A stretch of DNA of 63,926 nucleotides, the filler included, from Nitrospirota bacterium (lineage in GTDB: Bacteria; UBA2233), in the NCBI GenBank assembly GCA_011620345.1. It is 8 parts of 8 records of this genome, joined end to end, with 100 filler letters (N's around TTAATTAATTAA, not from the genome) between each part and the next. Parts side by side here need not be neighbours in the genome. Positions count along the whole stretch, not along the records: positions 17,828 to 26,363 come from WOZJ01000001.1; positions 26,464 to 34,979 come from WOZJ01000024.1; 6 more parts are not named here. The stretch is one strand, 5' to 3'. The notes below the pieces were generated by a model that searched no databases, had not been told where the DNA came from, and was given only the letters and a program-made list of their open reading frames with translations. Position numbers and translations under genes: made by a program. Position 1 is the stretch's first letter, and each line of letters opens with the position of its first letter. Below, in pieces: positions 19,317 through 29,823 of this stretch.

Positions 19317-20585
19317 TTAGCCCTTTTTCTGGAGGATCGTGAGCGTGCAGGTTCCGCCCGTCCCGCCCAAGTTGTGGGCGGCGCCCACGCGCAAATCGGC
19401 GATGGGAACCTGACGCTCCCCGGCCCTGCCCCTAAGCTGAAGCCAGATTTCGAGGACCTGGGCGACACCCGTAGCCCCCACGGGATGGCCCTTACACTTG
19501 AGCCCGCCAGAGGTGTTGATGGGCTTGGGCCCGCTCCTTCGTGTCAGCCCATCGTTTACCGCCTTGATCCCCTCGCCGGGGGCAAAGAAGCCTAAATCCT
19601 CGGTATGGATGACCTCGGCAATGCTGAAGCAATCGTGTACCTCGGCGATCTGGATATCTTTAGGACCAAGCCCGGACATGGCGTAGGCCTCCTTGGCAGC
19701 CTGCTTCGTGGCCTCGAACTGGGTTAGGTCCTCTTTTAAGTACAAAGGGTACCCCGAGCCCTGACCGAGCCCCACTACATGGACGGGCGTATCGCTAAAG
19801 CCCTTGGCAATCTCCTCGGCCACGAGCAAAAGGCAGCAGGCCCCGTCGCTGATCGGGCTGCAATCAAAAAGCCTCAGAGGCCAGGCAATCTCCGGGTTTA
19901 CCCTGGGGTCGGAAAGAAAGGCCCGTTCGTCCTCCCAGCTTGGCACGGGCTGACCCTTAGCCTTCGCCTTTTCGGCCCTCTGGGCCATGAGTTCCTTTAT
20001 CGTCACGCCGAACTGAGCCTTGGGGTTGAGCTTTGCGTTCTCGTGGCTTTTGAGCGTCACGGCGAACAAATCGTCCGCGCTCGCCTTGTAGCGCTCAAAA
20101 TAGGCCGTCGCGATGGTCGCAAAGATGCCCGGGAACGTGAAGCCCGTTTTCCACTCGTACGGCGAGCTCGCCATGGCAAGCCCCTCGGTCACCTCCTCGG
20201 TAGAGCGCTTGGACATCTCCTCGAGCCCTCCAACGAGCACGATGTCGTACATCCCGGAGGCCACGGCCTGAACGCCCGCCCGGAACGCGAGCGCCGAAGA
20301 GGCGCAGGCACCCTCCAGCCTGGCCGCGGGCCTTGGAACGATCCCTAGCAGGTCGGTAAGAACCGGACCTAAGTGAGACTGCTTGAGAAAGAAATCACTC
20401 GAGAAGTTTCCCAGGTAGAGGGCTTCGATGTCTTTTGGGTTCAGCCCGTTGTCCACAGAATCCAGCATCTCTAAAAAGGCTTGGGCGAACAGGTCTTTGT
20501 AATCTAAACCTTTGAACATTCCGAATTTGGACATCGCCCCGCCTACGAGGCACACACCCCTTCCTAGCTTTGGGGTTCTTGACAT
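19317..20585 (-). CDS. SCP2-type thiolase
   Basis: EGACASS, DCSPISDGA, EVHDCF, KGHPVGATG; start MSRTPK after AAGGAGG. Confidence 0.92.
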   Translation of the reverse strand: MSRTPKLGRGVCLVGGAMSKFGMFKGLDYKDLFAQAFLEMLDSVDNGLNPKDIEALYLGNFSSDFFLKQSHLGPVLTDLLGIVPRPAARLEGACASSALAFRAGVQAVASGMYDIVLVGGLEEMSKRSTEEVTEGLAMASSPYEWKTGFTFPGIFATIATAYFERYKASADDLFAVTLKSHENAKLNPKAQFGVTIKELMAQRAEKAKAKGQPVPSWEDERAFLSDPRVNPEIAWPLRLFDCSPISDGACCLLLVAEEIAKGFSDTPVHVVGLGQGSGYPLYLKEDLTQFEATKQAAKEAYAMSGLGPKDIQIAEVHDCFSIAEVIHTEDLGFFAPGEGIKAVNDGLTRRSGPKPINTSGGLKCKGHPVGATGVAQVLEIWLQLRGRAGERQVPIADLRVGAAHNLGGTGGTCTLTILQKKG

Positions 20586-20628
20586 GATGCTCCCTCCTTG
20601 GGTGTTTCTTTGGTAGATTCTTTGAATC

Positions 20629-21192
20629 CTAACGGTCCGGGCGCTTTGGCCGGAATTCCGCCCAGAATACGCCCCTGAAATCGCCCGCCTTAAACCCTCT
20701 TGCTTTATCGCCTGGGTAGAGCGCATCCAGAATGGCCGCCACGTCCTTATCGAGCCGCTCGCCATGGCATGGCAGGCACATCTCCGCAACAAAAATGGGC
20801 TCGACGTAGCCTGCCCACCCCCCTTGGAGCAAAAGCGCATTAGGAGTCGCCTCGCTCGGGCTCTTTTGGTAAGCCTCAAGGTAGGGAGTAACCCATGACT
20901 TGGGCGCGTTGCTTGGGCTTCTTAGCTTGGGACTCGTTCGGCCAAGTCGGACACTTTGAGAGCTTAGCCTCGAGGCAATTTGGGGCGCCCGCTCCTGGCA
21001 GATGACGACGGCGTGCTCTGGCCCTTGCTTAAGCGCAGCCTTAAGCTCGGCCATCAAGGCTTGCTTGAAAGGGGCGATCAGCATTCGCCCCTGCTCGATC
21101 AGCATGGCCTCGCCCTCCCCTTGGGCACGCGGGGGAAGCCAAAGCGAAACAACGAAAACCATGGCCAAAAAACCCTTTCGCCTCTTAAGCAT
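20629..21192 (-). CDS. DUF3365 (Tll0287-like) periplasmic monoheme cytochrome c
   Basis: Signal peptide, KLRSPSNAP, CLPCHG, YPGDKARGFKAGDFRG. Confidence 0.88.
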   Translation of the reverse strand: MLKRRKGFLAMVFVVSLWLPPRAQGEGEAMLIEQGRMLIAPFKQALMAELKAALKQGPEHAVVICQERAPQIASRLSSQSVRLGRTSPKLRSPSNAPKSWVTPYLEAYQKSPSEATPNALLLQGGWAGYVEPIFVAEMCLPCHGERLDKDVAAILDALYPGDKARGFKAGDFRGVFWAEFRPKRPDR

Positions 21193-21203
21193 AAGGCTTG
21201 CCT

Positions 21204-22196
21204 TTATTGATTACAGAGTTTCTTATGGATCTCTTCCCAGAGTCCCTTTTCTATGGCGTAGATATCCCTAAAAAGCTCGCCCGCCCCTCGAAGCCTGTCT
21301 TCGTTTTTCTCTTCGGAGGCTTCCTTCAAAAGCTGGGCCGCCTCGCTCCAGAGTTCGGCAGCTTGTCCCATCCGCTCGGGTGCGTTCATAGCGCAAAGCC
21401 AAGGAAGAAAACCGCAGGCTTCGGTTAGGTACTCCGCGTAGAGTTTGCGGAAATTCCCGCCACCCGTACCGCGGCGCTCGATCGCCTGGTAGCCGAACCT
21501 TGCACACCATGCCCAGCGCTCAGGCAGCTCTCTTGGCCAGCTTTCGACCTCTTGGCCAAGAGCCCTTAAGGCATCCAGCCCTAAAGGGTAGCGCGACTCG
21601 AGCAACGATTCGGCGTTTCCCTTTAGGGCCTTGGCAATCGGCCCTGTCAACCCTTTCACCTCGAGGTTTGCAACGGGTGTAAAGTAGTTTTCCATAGGCC
21701 AAGGGCCATGAGGGGAACCCATGGCGGCCTGCAGGTCCCCGTATGCCAGCTCTTGCCACCCCTCTCTTTCGGTGTCCCCGACAAAGAACACCCTCGAATT
21801 ATCATCGTAGCCGCCTATCAAAATGCAGTGGCTAGAAAAATGAGTACTCGATTTGTAGTAGGGGAGGTAGTACAAATCTGTCAGGGCAAGTACGGGTAGA
21901 TTCGCATTGATCGCCTCCTGAATATCTAGAAGCGGAAAATCCTTCCTCGGCCGCCAAAAAAAAGGGTAGCCCAGGTTTGTCAAGAAAGGCGGAACGAGGA
22001 ACAGGCTCCGGCCCGTAAAGAACCTCGGCACCTGGGCGCGGTCGTCTTTCATGTAGATAAACCCAAGCCCGCTTCCTAACCCAAAGCACAACGCCTCTGA
22101 AAACGGATGCCCATGATAGACCATGACATCCCGGAGAGCGGAAGAGCAGCAGTGCGCCCCGGGAATATGCTGCAAACCCTCAACAATCCTAGGCAT
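21204..22196 (-). CDS. BtrH N-terminal / DUF4872 protein
   Basis: HCCSSALRD, EALCFGLGSGLGF, DLYYLPYY...HFSSHCILIGGYD, ERRGTGGGNFRKLYA. Confidence 0.82.
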   Translation of the reverse strand: MPRIVEGLQHIPGAHCCSSALRDVMVYHGHPFSEALCFGLGSGLGFIYMKDDRAQVPRFFTGRSLFLVPPFLTNLGYPFFWRPRKDFPLLDIQEAINANLPVLALTDLYYLPYYKSSTHFSSHCILIGGYDDNSRVFFVGDTEREGWQELAYGDLQAAMGSPHGPWPMENYFTPVANLEVKGLTGPIAKALKGNAESLLESRYPLGLDALRALGQEVESWPRELPERWAWCARFGYQAIERRGTGGGNFRKLYAEYLTEACGFLPWLCAMNAPERMGQAAELWSEAAQLLKEASEEKNEDRLRGAGELFRDIYAIEKGLWEEIHKKLCNQ

Positions 22197-22473
22197 CGGC
22201 CTTCTACCCACACGCAAAGCGTTCATTCATTTCTTTTAAGCCTAATCGAAAAAGGCTTCTGAAAACAAGCCTCGAACTCCCCCAAAAAAGTAAAGATGTT
22301 GCCCTACCCCTGATACCGGGCAAGTCAGCGTCAAAAGCGCCTCCCCTTGTAGGCATAGCCTCCATTCAAGGCTTGCCCTTTGCATTCGTGTATGGTAAGA
22401 AAGAAAAAACGCCATTTTATGGTTGTACATTACCACGGTTTGACAGCAGGAAAAGTATTGTATGCAAGGAGGC

Positions 22474-24099
22474 ATGATGGAAACACGGCAAACACCTCGT
22501 TTCCCTTTCGATAGCATAACCGAAGAAGGCGTCAAAGAGTTGAGGAGGCGATACAACCGGGTCAATCGCTGGGTCGTGGCAGACATGGTAAGAAGGAGCG
22601 CCTACCGCTTCCCAAATAAGCCCGCGCTCATATTCAACGATACAGCGCTTACCTATACCGAGCTCGAGCGGGCGCTCAATAGGGTCGGGAACGCCCTTCT
22701 TTCGCTTGGCCTCAAAAAGTTCGACAGGGTCGCCGTACTCGGCCACAACACGATCCACCACGTCCTGGCCTGGCTCGGGATCCTCAAGGCGGGCGGCATC
22801 TACGTCCCATTGAACTTCATGCTCAAGGGCAAGGAGCTTGCCTACCAGGTCAACCACGCTGACGCCAAGGTGTTGATCGTCGAAGATAGCCTCTTGGGCA
22901 ACATCGAGGGGGTCTTGGCCGAGCTTCCGAGCGTGCATCAGCGCATTTGGTCAAACCAGGGCTTCGGTCAGGAGGCGCCAGAAGGCTGGCTGGATTTTGA
23001 AGCGTGGATGTCGGGCGCATCAGAAGAAGAGCCCGATGTAGAACTCTACATCGAAGACCCAGTAGAGATCTGCTACACCTCTGGAACCGAAGCCCTGCCC
23101 AAGGGGGCTGTATTGATGAACCAGAACCTGTTTGCCCAGTACATGTCCGCCGCGCTCGCCTGCGAGGTTTCGGAAGAAGACGTGGGGCTTAGCGTCATGC
23201 CGATCTTCCACGCGGCCGAGCGAGGGGCCAGGCTCGCCACCGGGCTGCTTGCCGGCATGACCAACGTCCTCATGCTCCTTCCAAACCCCGACGAGGTTTT
23301 TCGCTTGATCCAAACGCACCGTGTCACCTTGATGTTCTTGCCCACGACCTACTGGATCATGCTGCTCAACCATCCTTCTTTCAAAGAATACGACTTAAGC
23401 TCGCTCAAAAAGCCGATGTACGGGGCCTCCATCATGCCTGTGGCCGTGCTCGAGCAAATTCTTCAGAAATTCCCCGGCTGCAAGGTGTACAACTCCTACG
23501 GCCAGACGGAGACCGCGCCGTGCAACTTCCACCTCGATCCACGCTACGCGCTCACAAAGCCGGGGTCCGCCGGGATGAGCGGGCTCAACATGGAATCAAG
23601 GCTCGAAGACGACGCGCATCGCGCTATCGAGACTCCCGGCATCCCTGGCGAGATCGTAAGCCGTGGAGGCCACGTGTTCCTTGGCTATTTCAAGGACCCC
23701 CAAAAGACCGAAGAGGCCATGGCGCACGGCTGGTTCCACACGGGCGACATCGGCGTGGCCGACGAGGACAACTTCGTGAGCATCGTGGATCGAAAAAAGG
23801 ACATGGTTAAGACGGGCGGGGAAAACGTGTCTACTCGCGAGGTGGAAGAGGCGATCTACAAAGACCCGCGCGTCCAAGAGGTGGCCGTAATAGGCATTCC
23901 AGACCCAAAATGGGTGGAGGCGGTCACGGCCGTCATCGTCCCAAAGCCCGGGAGTACCATCAAGGAAGAAGAAATTCTAAAACTTTGCAGGCAAGACTTG
24001 GCAGACTTCAAAGTGCCCAAGCATGTCGTTTTCGTAGAGGAGCTCCCTAGATCGAGCTCGGGCAAAATCTTAAAGCGTGAGCTACGCAAACGCCTCTAG
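22474..24099 (+). CDS. Acyl-CoA synthetase (AMP-binding)
   Basis: YTSGTEALPKG, YGQTE, WFHTGD, DRKKDMVKTGGENV, SGKILK; RBS AAGGAGG. Confidence 0.94.
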   Translation: MMETRQTPRFPFDSITEEGVKELRRRYNRVNRWVVADMVRRSAYRFPNKPALIFNDTALTYTELERALNRVGNALLSLGLKKFDRVAVLGHNTIHHVLAWLGILKAGGIYVPLNFMLKGKELAYQVNHADAKVLIVEDSLLGNIEGVLAELPSVHQRIWSNQGFGQEAPEGWLDFEAWMSGASEEEPDVELYIEDPVEICYTSGTEALPKGAVLMNQNLFAQYMSAALACEVSEEDVGLSVMPIFHAAERGARLATGLLAGMTNVLMLLPNPDEVFRLIQTHRVTLMFLPTTYWIMLLNHPSFKEYDLSSLKKPMYGASIMPVAVLEQILQKFPGCKVYNSYGQTETAPCNFHLDPRYALTKPGSAGMSGLNMESRLEDDAHRAIETPGIPGEIVSRGGHVFLGYFKDPQKTEEAMAHGWFHTGDIGVADEDNFVSIVDRKKDMVKTGGENVSTREVEEAIYKDPRVQEVAVIGIPDPKWVEAVTAVIVPKPGSTIKEEEILKLCRQDLADFKVPKHVVFVEELPRSSSGKILKRELRKRL

Positions 24100-24123
24100 G
24101 AGTCCTCGCCAAAGAGGCCAAGG

Positions 24124-24996
24124 TTATACCTCAACCCCGATGTAGTGATTGACGGCCTTTCCGATGCCAAAGTTGAGGACCGCAACGCTAAGGCAGACCG
24201 TGCACATTTCTAGGAAGCGGCGCTTGAAGGGCAGGTCTTGGGCCAAGGAGGTGTAGAAGGCAAACGCTGCCACGATCAGCACGACAAGGGAAAACGAAAG
24301 CCCGAGGCTTATGAACGGGTTGGTCAGCACAAAGAAGGGGAAGATTAACATTGTTACCGTCAACACGTAGGCAAACCCCGTAAGAAGCCCAGACTTAACC
24401 GCGTTTTTCCCTTCTTCTTCCCTTGCCGAGAGGTACTGCGACGCCGTCATGGACATCGAGGCGGCCAGCCCCGTAATTAGCGCAACCAACGCGATTGTTT
24501 TTGGGTTGCCGAGAGCGAGCGTCAGCCCGGCAAGCACGCCGGTAAGCTCAATCAAGGCATCCGATAGCCCCAAGATAATGTCGCTCGTGTACTTAAGTCG
24601 GTCTTCTTCGATGAGGCCCAAAAGGGCGTGCTCAAATTCCTCTTCTTCTTGGATCATCCGCTCGATATCCGCGATCTCCGGTATGCCCGCTTTGAGCTCG
24701 ATCAGCGCCCGCATGTTCGATTCCTCAACCCGTTCGATCAGTTTGATCCCGAAACTCAACCCAAAAATCCTTGCGATCCAGGTCAAGAATAAGACCTTAA
24801 GCCTCGAGGGAGCAACGTCTTTGTTTGTCAGCCGTTTCCAGAAATCGTAGTGGGAGCGCTCGACGGCAGCGATCTTTTTTAGTACCTCCTTGTTCCTTGG
24901 CTCGGACACGACGCGAGCAAGATTCGCGTAAATCTTGGATCCGGTCACTTCTTCGCGCTGACGCTCTAGAAGCCGCTTGGCTAAAAGCTCCGCCAT
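24124..24996 (-). CDS. VIT1/CCC1 transporter with N-terminal ferritin-like domain
   Basis: IYANLA...ERSHYDFW helical N-domain; ILGLSDALIELTGVLAG...SMTASQYLS VIT1 signature. Confidence 0.87.
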   Translation of the reverse strand: MAELLAKRLLERQREEVTGSKIYANLARVVSEPRNKEVLKKIAAVERSHYDFWKRLTNKDVAPSRLKVLFLTWIARIFGLSFGIKLIERVEESNMRALIELKAGIPEIADIERMIQEEEEFEHALLGLIEEDRLKYTSDIILGLSDALIELTGVLAGLTLALGNPKTIALVALITGLAASMSMTASQYLSAREEEGKNAVKSGLLTGFAYVLTVTMLIFPFFVLTNPFISLGLSFSLVVLIVAAFAFYTSLAQDLPFKRRFLEMCTVCLSVAVLNFGIGKAVNHYIGVEV

Positions 24997-25023
24997 GGTT
25001 TCCCTCTTTTACAATTGTAAGTA

Positions 25024-26292
25024 CTAGCGGTTTTGCGCTCCGAGGCGCTTTCTTCGTTGCTCTTGGTACAGCGCCGCATTGGCCTGGCGGATGAGACCTT
25101 CCTTATCAAAGGGAATGCCTAATGCCACGGAAATCCCAAAACTAAGCCCAAAAAACCAGGCATTCTCTGCCTTGGCCCTCTCGACCGTCGCCATAACGCG
25201 CCCGATGATGTTTTTTAGCACCTCTTCGTCCGCCCCGGGAAGGATCGCGGCGTACTCGTCGCCTCCCACCCTCGAAACGATGTCGTCTTTCCTGAATGCA
25301 TTCATAAGAATGTTGGCGGCGAGCTGAATCGCCTTATCGCCTAGCTTATGGCCAAACCTGTCGTTGGTTTCCTTCAGGTTGTCGATATCCGCCACGATCA
25401 GCCCAATAGGAACAAGCCTTCCCTTAGAAAGCCGCTCAAGCTCTTTTTCGAAATAAGGCCGGTTGTAGAGCCCTGTGAGCGTGTCGTGGAAGCTGTAGTA
25501 TTTCAGCTCCTCTTCGAGCCGTTTGATGTCCGAAATGTCGGTCAGAACGCAAACGGCCCTTTCCTTCTTCCAGGTTTCGAGCGTGCTAAGGAGCGCGAGC
25601 GAAGCGATGACGTACGTCCTCGTTTGATCTTTCCGGATCAGCTCGACCTCCGTCCGTACGGGCACATCGAGTGAGAGCACCTTCGTAAGGCCATCCCGGA
25701 ATTCGTACAGGTCTTTCTTGGAGAACAGCTCAAACCACGAAAAGGCCGGTTCTATGAGCTCGGCCTCCTTGTAGCCCGTAAGGGACTCGGTGACCCTGTT
25801 CACATCGTAGACCCTGCCATCCTCATCCAGCACCAATACGCTATCGGAGGCGTTGTCCACGATTTCCCGGAAGTACCGCTCGGAATCTTCTAGCCGTCGC
25901 TTGAGCCGCTCGATCTTTGTAACGTCCCTGACGATCAGCGCAAACAAAGGGCCGTCATTTTCTTCGGTTGCCTTCCCCAGGCATGCGACCCACAAGGCTA
26001 AATCTAGCCTCTTGCCGTCTTCGAGAACATGCGCAAGCTCGAGCTCTAGAGGCATTTCCAAGGCGCTGGCCTTTTCCATACCCGCCCGAAGCGCGCTTAC
26101 CTGATCTTCTAGGAGCGCCTTGAGAAGCGAGCGTTCACCCGCCAAGGGAGTAACCTCTCGAGAAAACAGCATCTCAACGAAACGATCGTTGGCAGCGAGA
26201 ACGGTGAGGTTAGAATTGACGATCGCCAACCCCTCCTTTGCCTTCGCAAACATTCGGACAAGACCGTCTCGAAAGTGCTCCAAGGGTTCCAT
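25024..26292 (-). CDS. PAS-PAS diguanylate cyclase (GGDEY variant)
   Basis: HDTLTGLYNR, DIDNLKETNDRFGH, RKDD I-site, RVGGDEY. Confidence 0.9.
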   Translation of the reverse strand: MEPLEHFRDGLVRMFAKAKEGLAIVNSNLTVLAANDRFVEMLFSREVTPLAGERSLLKALLEDQVSALRAGMEKASALEMPLELELAHVLEDGKRLDLALWVACLGKATEENDGPLFALIVRDVTKIERLKRRLEDSERYFREIVDNASDSVLVLDEDGRVYDVNRVTESLTGYKEAELIEPAFSWFELFSKKDLYEFRDGLTKVLSLDVPVRTEVELIRKDQTRTYVIASLALLSTLETWKKERAVCVLTDISDIKRLEEELKYYSFHDTLTGLYNRPYFEKELERLSKGRLVPIGLIVADIDNLKETNDRFGHKLGDKAIQLAANILMNAFRKDDIVSRVGGDEYAAILPGADEEVLKNIIGRVMATVERAKAENAWFFGLSFGISVALGIPFDKEGLIRQANAALYQEQRRKRLGAQNR

Positions 26293-26498
26293 GGGGCCAT
26301 CCTTTTCGTTCGTTGGGAAACTTTTTTCCTTATTCTAGCAGCAATTGCAAGCGGACAAAGCGCNNNNNNNNNNNNNNNNNNNNNNNNNNNNNNNNNNNNN
26401 NNNNNNNTTAATTAATTAANNNNNNNNNNNNNNNNNNNNNNNNNNNNNNNNNNNNNNNNNNNNGTCCCTGCCCGGCGCCTCTGGGGATCGATTTGCGC

Positions 26499-27995
26499 CT
26501 ATTGTTCCTTGACCCAGCCCTTCGAGCGGGCGACTGCGTCAAGCCATCCGGCATAGTGACCATTTGCCGTCTTGGCAGCGGATGCGGGGCGAATGAGGGT
26601 TTCTTCGAAGGGAAGGGCCTTGATTGCATCCAAGTCTTTCCAAATGCCCTTGGCAAGACCGGCACCTAGCGCGGCGCCAAGGCTGGTTACCTCGAAGGTG
26701 TGCGCAAGGACGAGCTCGGTGCACGAAACATCCGCGCAGGTCTGCATCAACAAAGGGCTTCTTGTACCGCCCCCGTCGGCTTTAAGCCTTTGCGGGCGTT
26801 GGCCTAAATCCTTAGCCATCGCCTCGAGGACATCGCGGCATTGGAATGCGATTGCCTCGAGCGCGGCCCGCGCGATGTGGGCCTTGGTCGTGTGGCCGCT
26901 CATGCCCACGATCGTCCCCCTTGCGCTCGCATCCCAGTGCGGCGCGTAGAGACCGGAGAACGCAGGGACAAAATAAGTTCCGCCGGAGTTCGGAACGCTT
27001 TTGGCCAGCCTCTCGATTTCCTGGATGCTTTTCACAATGCCCAGGTTGTCCTTGAGCCAGCCAAGGAGTGCCCCGGTGATGGCGATCGGTCCTTCAAGGG
27101 CGTAGGATGCATGGCCAGAGTCTAGCGTGCAGGCAACCGTAGGGATCAGCCCGTTTTGCGAACGCACGGGGGCTTGGCCGACGTTGACAAGGATAAAGTT
27201 GCCCGTACCGAACGTATTCTTCGCCTCTCCGGGCTTAAAGCACCGCTGGCCGAACAGCGCGGCCTGCTGATCTCCTAGAATGCTGGCGATTGGAATGGAC
27301 CCAGAAGCCCCGAAGGGATGCATATCCACCTCTCCGAACGTACCTAGGGACGGCCGAATCTTTGGCAGCGCTTCTATGGGTATCCCAAAAATCTCGAGCA
27401 TGCGAGGGTCCCATTCCCTGGTTTCGAGGTTCATCAGCAACGTTCGTGAAGCGTTCGTCGGTTCTGTCAGGAAGCGCCCAGTCAGATGCCAGAGGAGCCA
27501 GCTGTCCACGGTGCCGAGGCAAAGCCTGCCATGGGTCAGCGCCTCCTGAACGGCCGGGATATGTTGCCTTAGCCAGGCCATCTTGGTCGCGGAGAAGTAA
27601 GGGTTCAAAGGTAGCCCCGTCACTTCTTCGATCGTTTGGGCCGTCCCGTCTGCTTTGAGCCTTTGGCATGCTCCGGCTGTTCTGGTGTCTTGCCAAACGA
27701 TCGCGTTGTGCAAAGGCTTTCCTGTTTTTGCATCCCAGGAGAGCACTGTTTCGCGCTGGTTCGTCAACCCGATTGCGGCGAGTTTGAAGTCGGAACCCTT
27801 AAGGCAAGCCCTAATGACGCCGCGGACGTTGGAAAGGAGCTCTTTAGGGTCGTGCTCGACCCATCCAGGGTTTGGGTAGAACTGGCGGTGTCGTTTATAG
27901 GCCTGCCTTACAACATGCCCTTGGGTATCGAACACTATAAAGCGGCTGCCCGTCGTGCCCTGATCGAGGGCCCCCAGATAGACGCCTTCGCTCAT
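26499..27995 (-). CDS. glpK: Glycerol kinase
   Basis: LDQGTTGSR, GWVEHDP, TNQRET, GDQQAALFG, VPAFSGLYAPHW. Confidence 0.96.
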   Translation of the reverse strand: MSEGVYLGALDQGTTGSRFIVFDTQGHVVRQAYKRHRQFYPNPGWVEHDPKELLSNVRGVIRACLKGSDFKLAAIGLTNQRETVLSWDAKTGKPLHNAIVWQDTRTAGACQRLKADGTAQTIEEVTGLPLNPYFSATKMAWLRQHIPAVQEALTHGRLCLGTVDSWLLWHLTGRFLTEPTNASRTLLMNLETREWDPRMLEIFGIPIEALPKIRPSLGTFGEVDMHPFGASGSIPIASILGDQQAALFGQRCFKPGEAKNTFGTGNFILVNVGQAPVRSQNGLIPTVACTLDSGHASYALEGPIAITGALLGWLKDNLGIVKSIQEIERLAKSVPNSGGTYFVPAFSGLYAPHWDASARGTIVGMSGHTTKAHIARAALEAIAFQCRDVLEAMAKDLGQRPQRLKADGGGTRSPLLMQTCADVSCTELVLAHTFEVTSLGAALGAGLAKGIWKDLDAIKALPFEETLIRPASAAKTANGHYAGWLDAVARSKGWVKEQ

Positions 27996-29674
27996 ACCCC
28001 CTCCAGGACGGCGTCCATGCGCGCCGCATAGGCCCTGTATGCGCTCGCCTGGGCTTGGAGCGCTTGGGGGGGCGTGCCGAGCTCTTTTTGGAGGAGGCCC
28101 ATGATCGCATCCAAAAGCCCGACGCCGTGGTCCGGTAGTATCCAGGCAAGCCGAAGCCGGGTTTCCATAAGTCCCCTTACATCCACCGCCATGCCGTAGC
28201 GGATGTGGTAGAGCGCTTCTGCGAGCACGGGCCTTGTGCCGTCCAAAAGAGGGGTTGCCAGGCTGGGTGATTCCGCAAGGATATCGAAGAGTCTCGGCGT
28301 ATCGGCTCCGTACAGGCGAATTAACGCTTGAACGGCGCTAGCGGACAGCGTAACGCCTGGGGTTTTCAGCCATTCGGGCTTAGGCTTGGGTTCTATGGGG
28401 GGTTTGAGCTCCGGGGGGGGTTGGCCGGGGAACAGCGCTCGGAAGGTATCCAGCCCCATCAGGAGAAACGTGGTGAGCTTTCCTCCGAGCAGGTGCGTGA
28501 GTCCGGAAGGGCTGCGGACAATCTTGTGCTTTCTTGAAAGGCGCGACGAAGCCGTTCCTTTTTTTTTGGAGGCTTCAAACACCAAAGGCCGCAAACCGGC
28601 AAAATGGCCGAGAATATCCGGCCTTTCGATCTTTATGCCCAAAAAGCGCTCCGCCTCGGAAAGCAGGCTTCGAACTTCCGCTTGCGTGGCCATAGGCTCG
28701 CTTAAGTCGCCCTCAAAGGCGCTGTCTGTCGTTCCTAGCAGCACCTTTCCCATCCATGGGATGAGGAATGCGATCCGGCCATCCGAGGTTTCTGGAAGCA
28801 CGACCGAAGCATGCGACAGGCGAAGCTTGTCCGGAGAGAGCACGAGATGAACCCCTTTGCTGGGCAATAGATGAACGCTTGAGCGAGGGTCGAGCGCTGC
28901 CAGGTTTCCGGCGAAAACGCCCGTAGCATTCACCACGTGTGCCGCTCGAACCTCCAGAGAGTTGTTGGCCAGCTCGTCATGCGCCTCTACCCCCACGACC
29001 TTCCCTGAATCCATAAGAAAACGATCAGCCCGAAGGTGGTTTGCAATAACGGCCCCATGCCTGCCTGCCGCACGGAGTGCTGCCAGCGTAAGGGCCACGT
29101 CGTCTGCCTGGGCATCGTAGTATAGCAAGGCCCTCTTGAAGCCTTCTCGTTTCAAGAATGGGGCCAGCGTGAATGCCTCGTCAGGCCGAAGGGCGGCGTG
29201 CCTTTGGGTTTGCGTGCCTATGCTCAGCGCCTCGTAGCAGCTGAGCCCGATACGGAGGCTTAGGCCTCTGAGCGCGCTAGGGATGAAAGAGGGCATGCCC
29301 AACGGTTTTTTAAGGCCCTCGTACAAGGGCAGTAAGAATGCCAGCGGCTCGACTAAGGAAGGGAAGAGCGAAAGCAGCCGTCCGCGCTCCCTTACGCCCT
29401 CCATGACCATAGGAATGTCAAGCTGGGAAAGGTAGCGGATTCCACCGTGAACGAGCTTGCTCGAGCGTGAGCTCGTGGCCGATCCAAAATCGCGCTGCTC
29501 GATCAGCGCCGTTCGCTTTCCAGCCAGCGCGCATACCAGAGCGATTCCAGCTCCCGAAATGCCGCCCCCGATAACGAGCACGTCGAAGGAGCTCCCGCTT
29601 AGTGCACGAATAGAGCCGTCTCTGTCCATACGGCTTGCCGGAGGGGTTGGGGTGTTCGACCGAAATTTGTTCAT
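27992..29674 (-). CDS. glpD: FAD-dependent glycerol-3-phosphate dehydrogenase/oxidase
   Basis: IGGGISGAG, TSSRSSKLVHGGIRYL, KGVHL, GLRPL, GGKLTT; overlaps glpK. Confidence 0.94.
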   Translation of the reverse strand: MNKFRSNTPTPPASRMDRDGSIRALSGSSFDVLVIGGGISGAGIALVCALAGKRTALIEQRDFGSATSSRSSKLVHGGIRYLSQLDIPMVMEGVRERGRLLSLFPSLVEPLAFLLPLYEGLKKPLGMPSFIPSALRGLSLRIGLSCYEALSIGTQTQRHAALRPDEAFTLAPFLKREGFKRALLYYDAQADDVALTLAALRAAGRHGAVIANHLRADRFLMDSGKVVGVEAHDELANNSLEVRAAHVVNATGVFAGNLAALDPRSSVHLLPSKGVHLVLSPDKLRLSHASVVLPETSDGRIAFLIPWMGKVLLGTTDSAFEGDLSEPMATQAEVRSLLSEAERFLGIKIERPDILGHFAGLRPLVFEASKKKGTASSRLSRKHKIVRSPSGLTHLLGGKLTTFLLMGLDTFRALFPGQPPPELKPPIEPKPKPEWLKTPGVTLSASAVQALIRLYGADTPRLFDILAESPSLATPLLDGTRPVLAEALYHIRYGMAVDVRGLMETRLRLAWILPDHGVGLLDAIMGLLQKELGTPPQALQAQASAYRAYAARMDAVLEGV

Positions 29675-29823
29675 GCCCTTTAGTATGCAGAGCCGCCCTG
29701 TCGGCTGTCAATTTTCTTTTTGGGCGCAGGACAGAGCTTGCTCGCTGAATTTCCTTTAGCTTGACAAAGAGGCGGTCCGGTTCGAAAATACAACGAGGGG
29801 GAACGCACAAAAAGGGGCGTATT

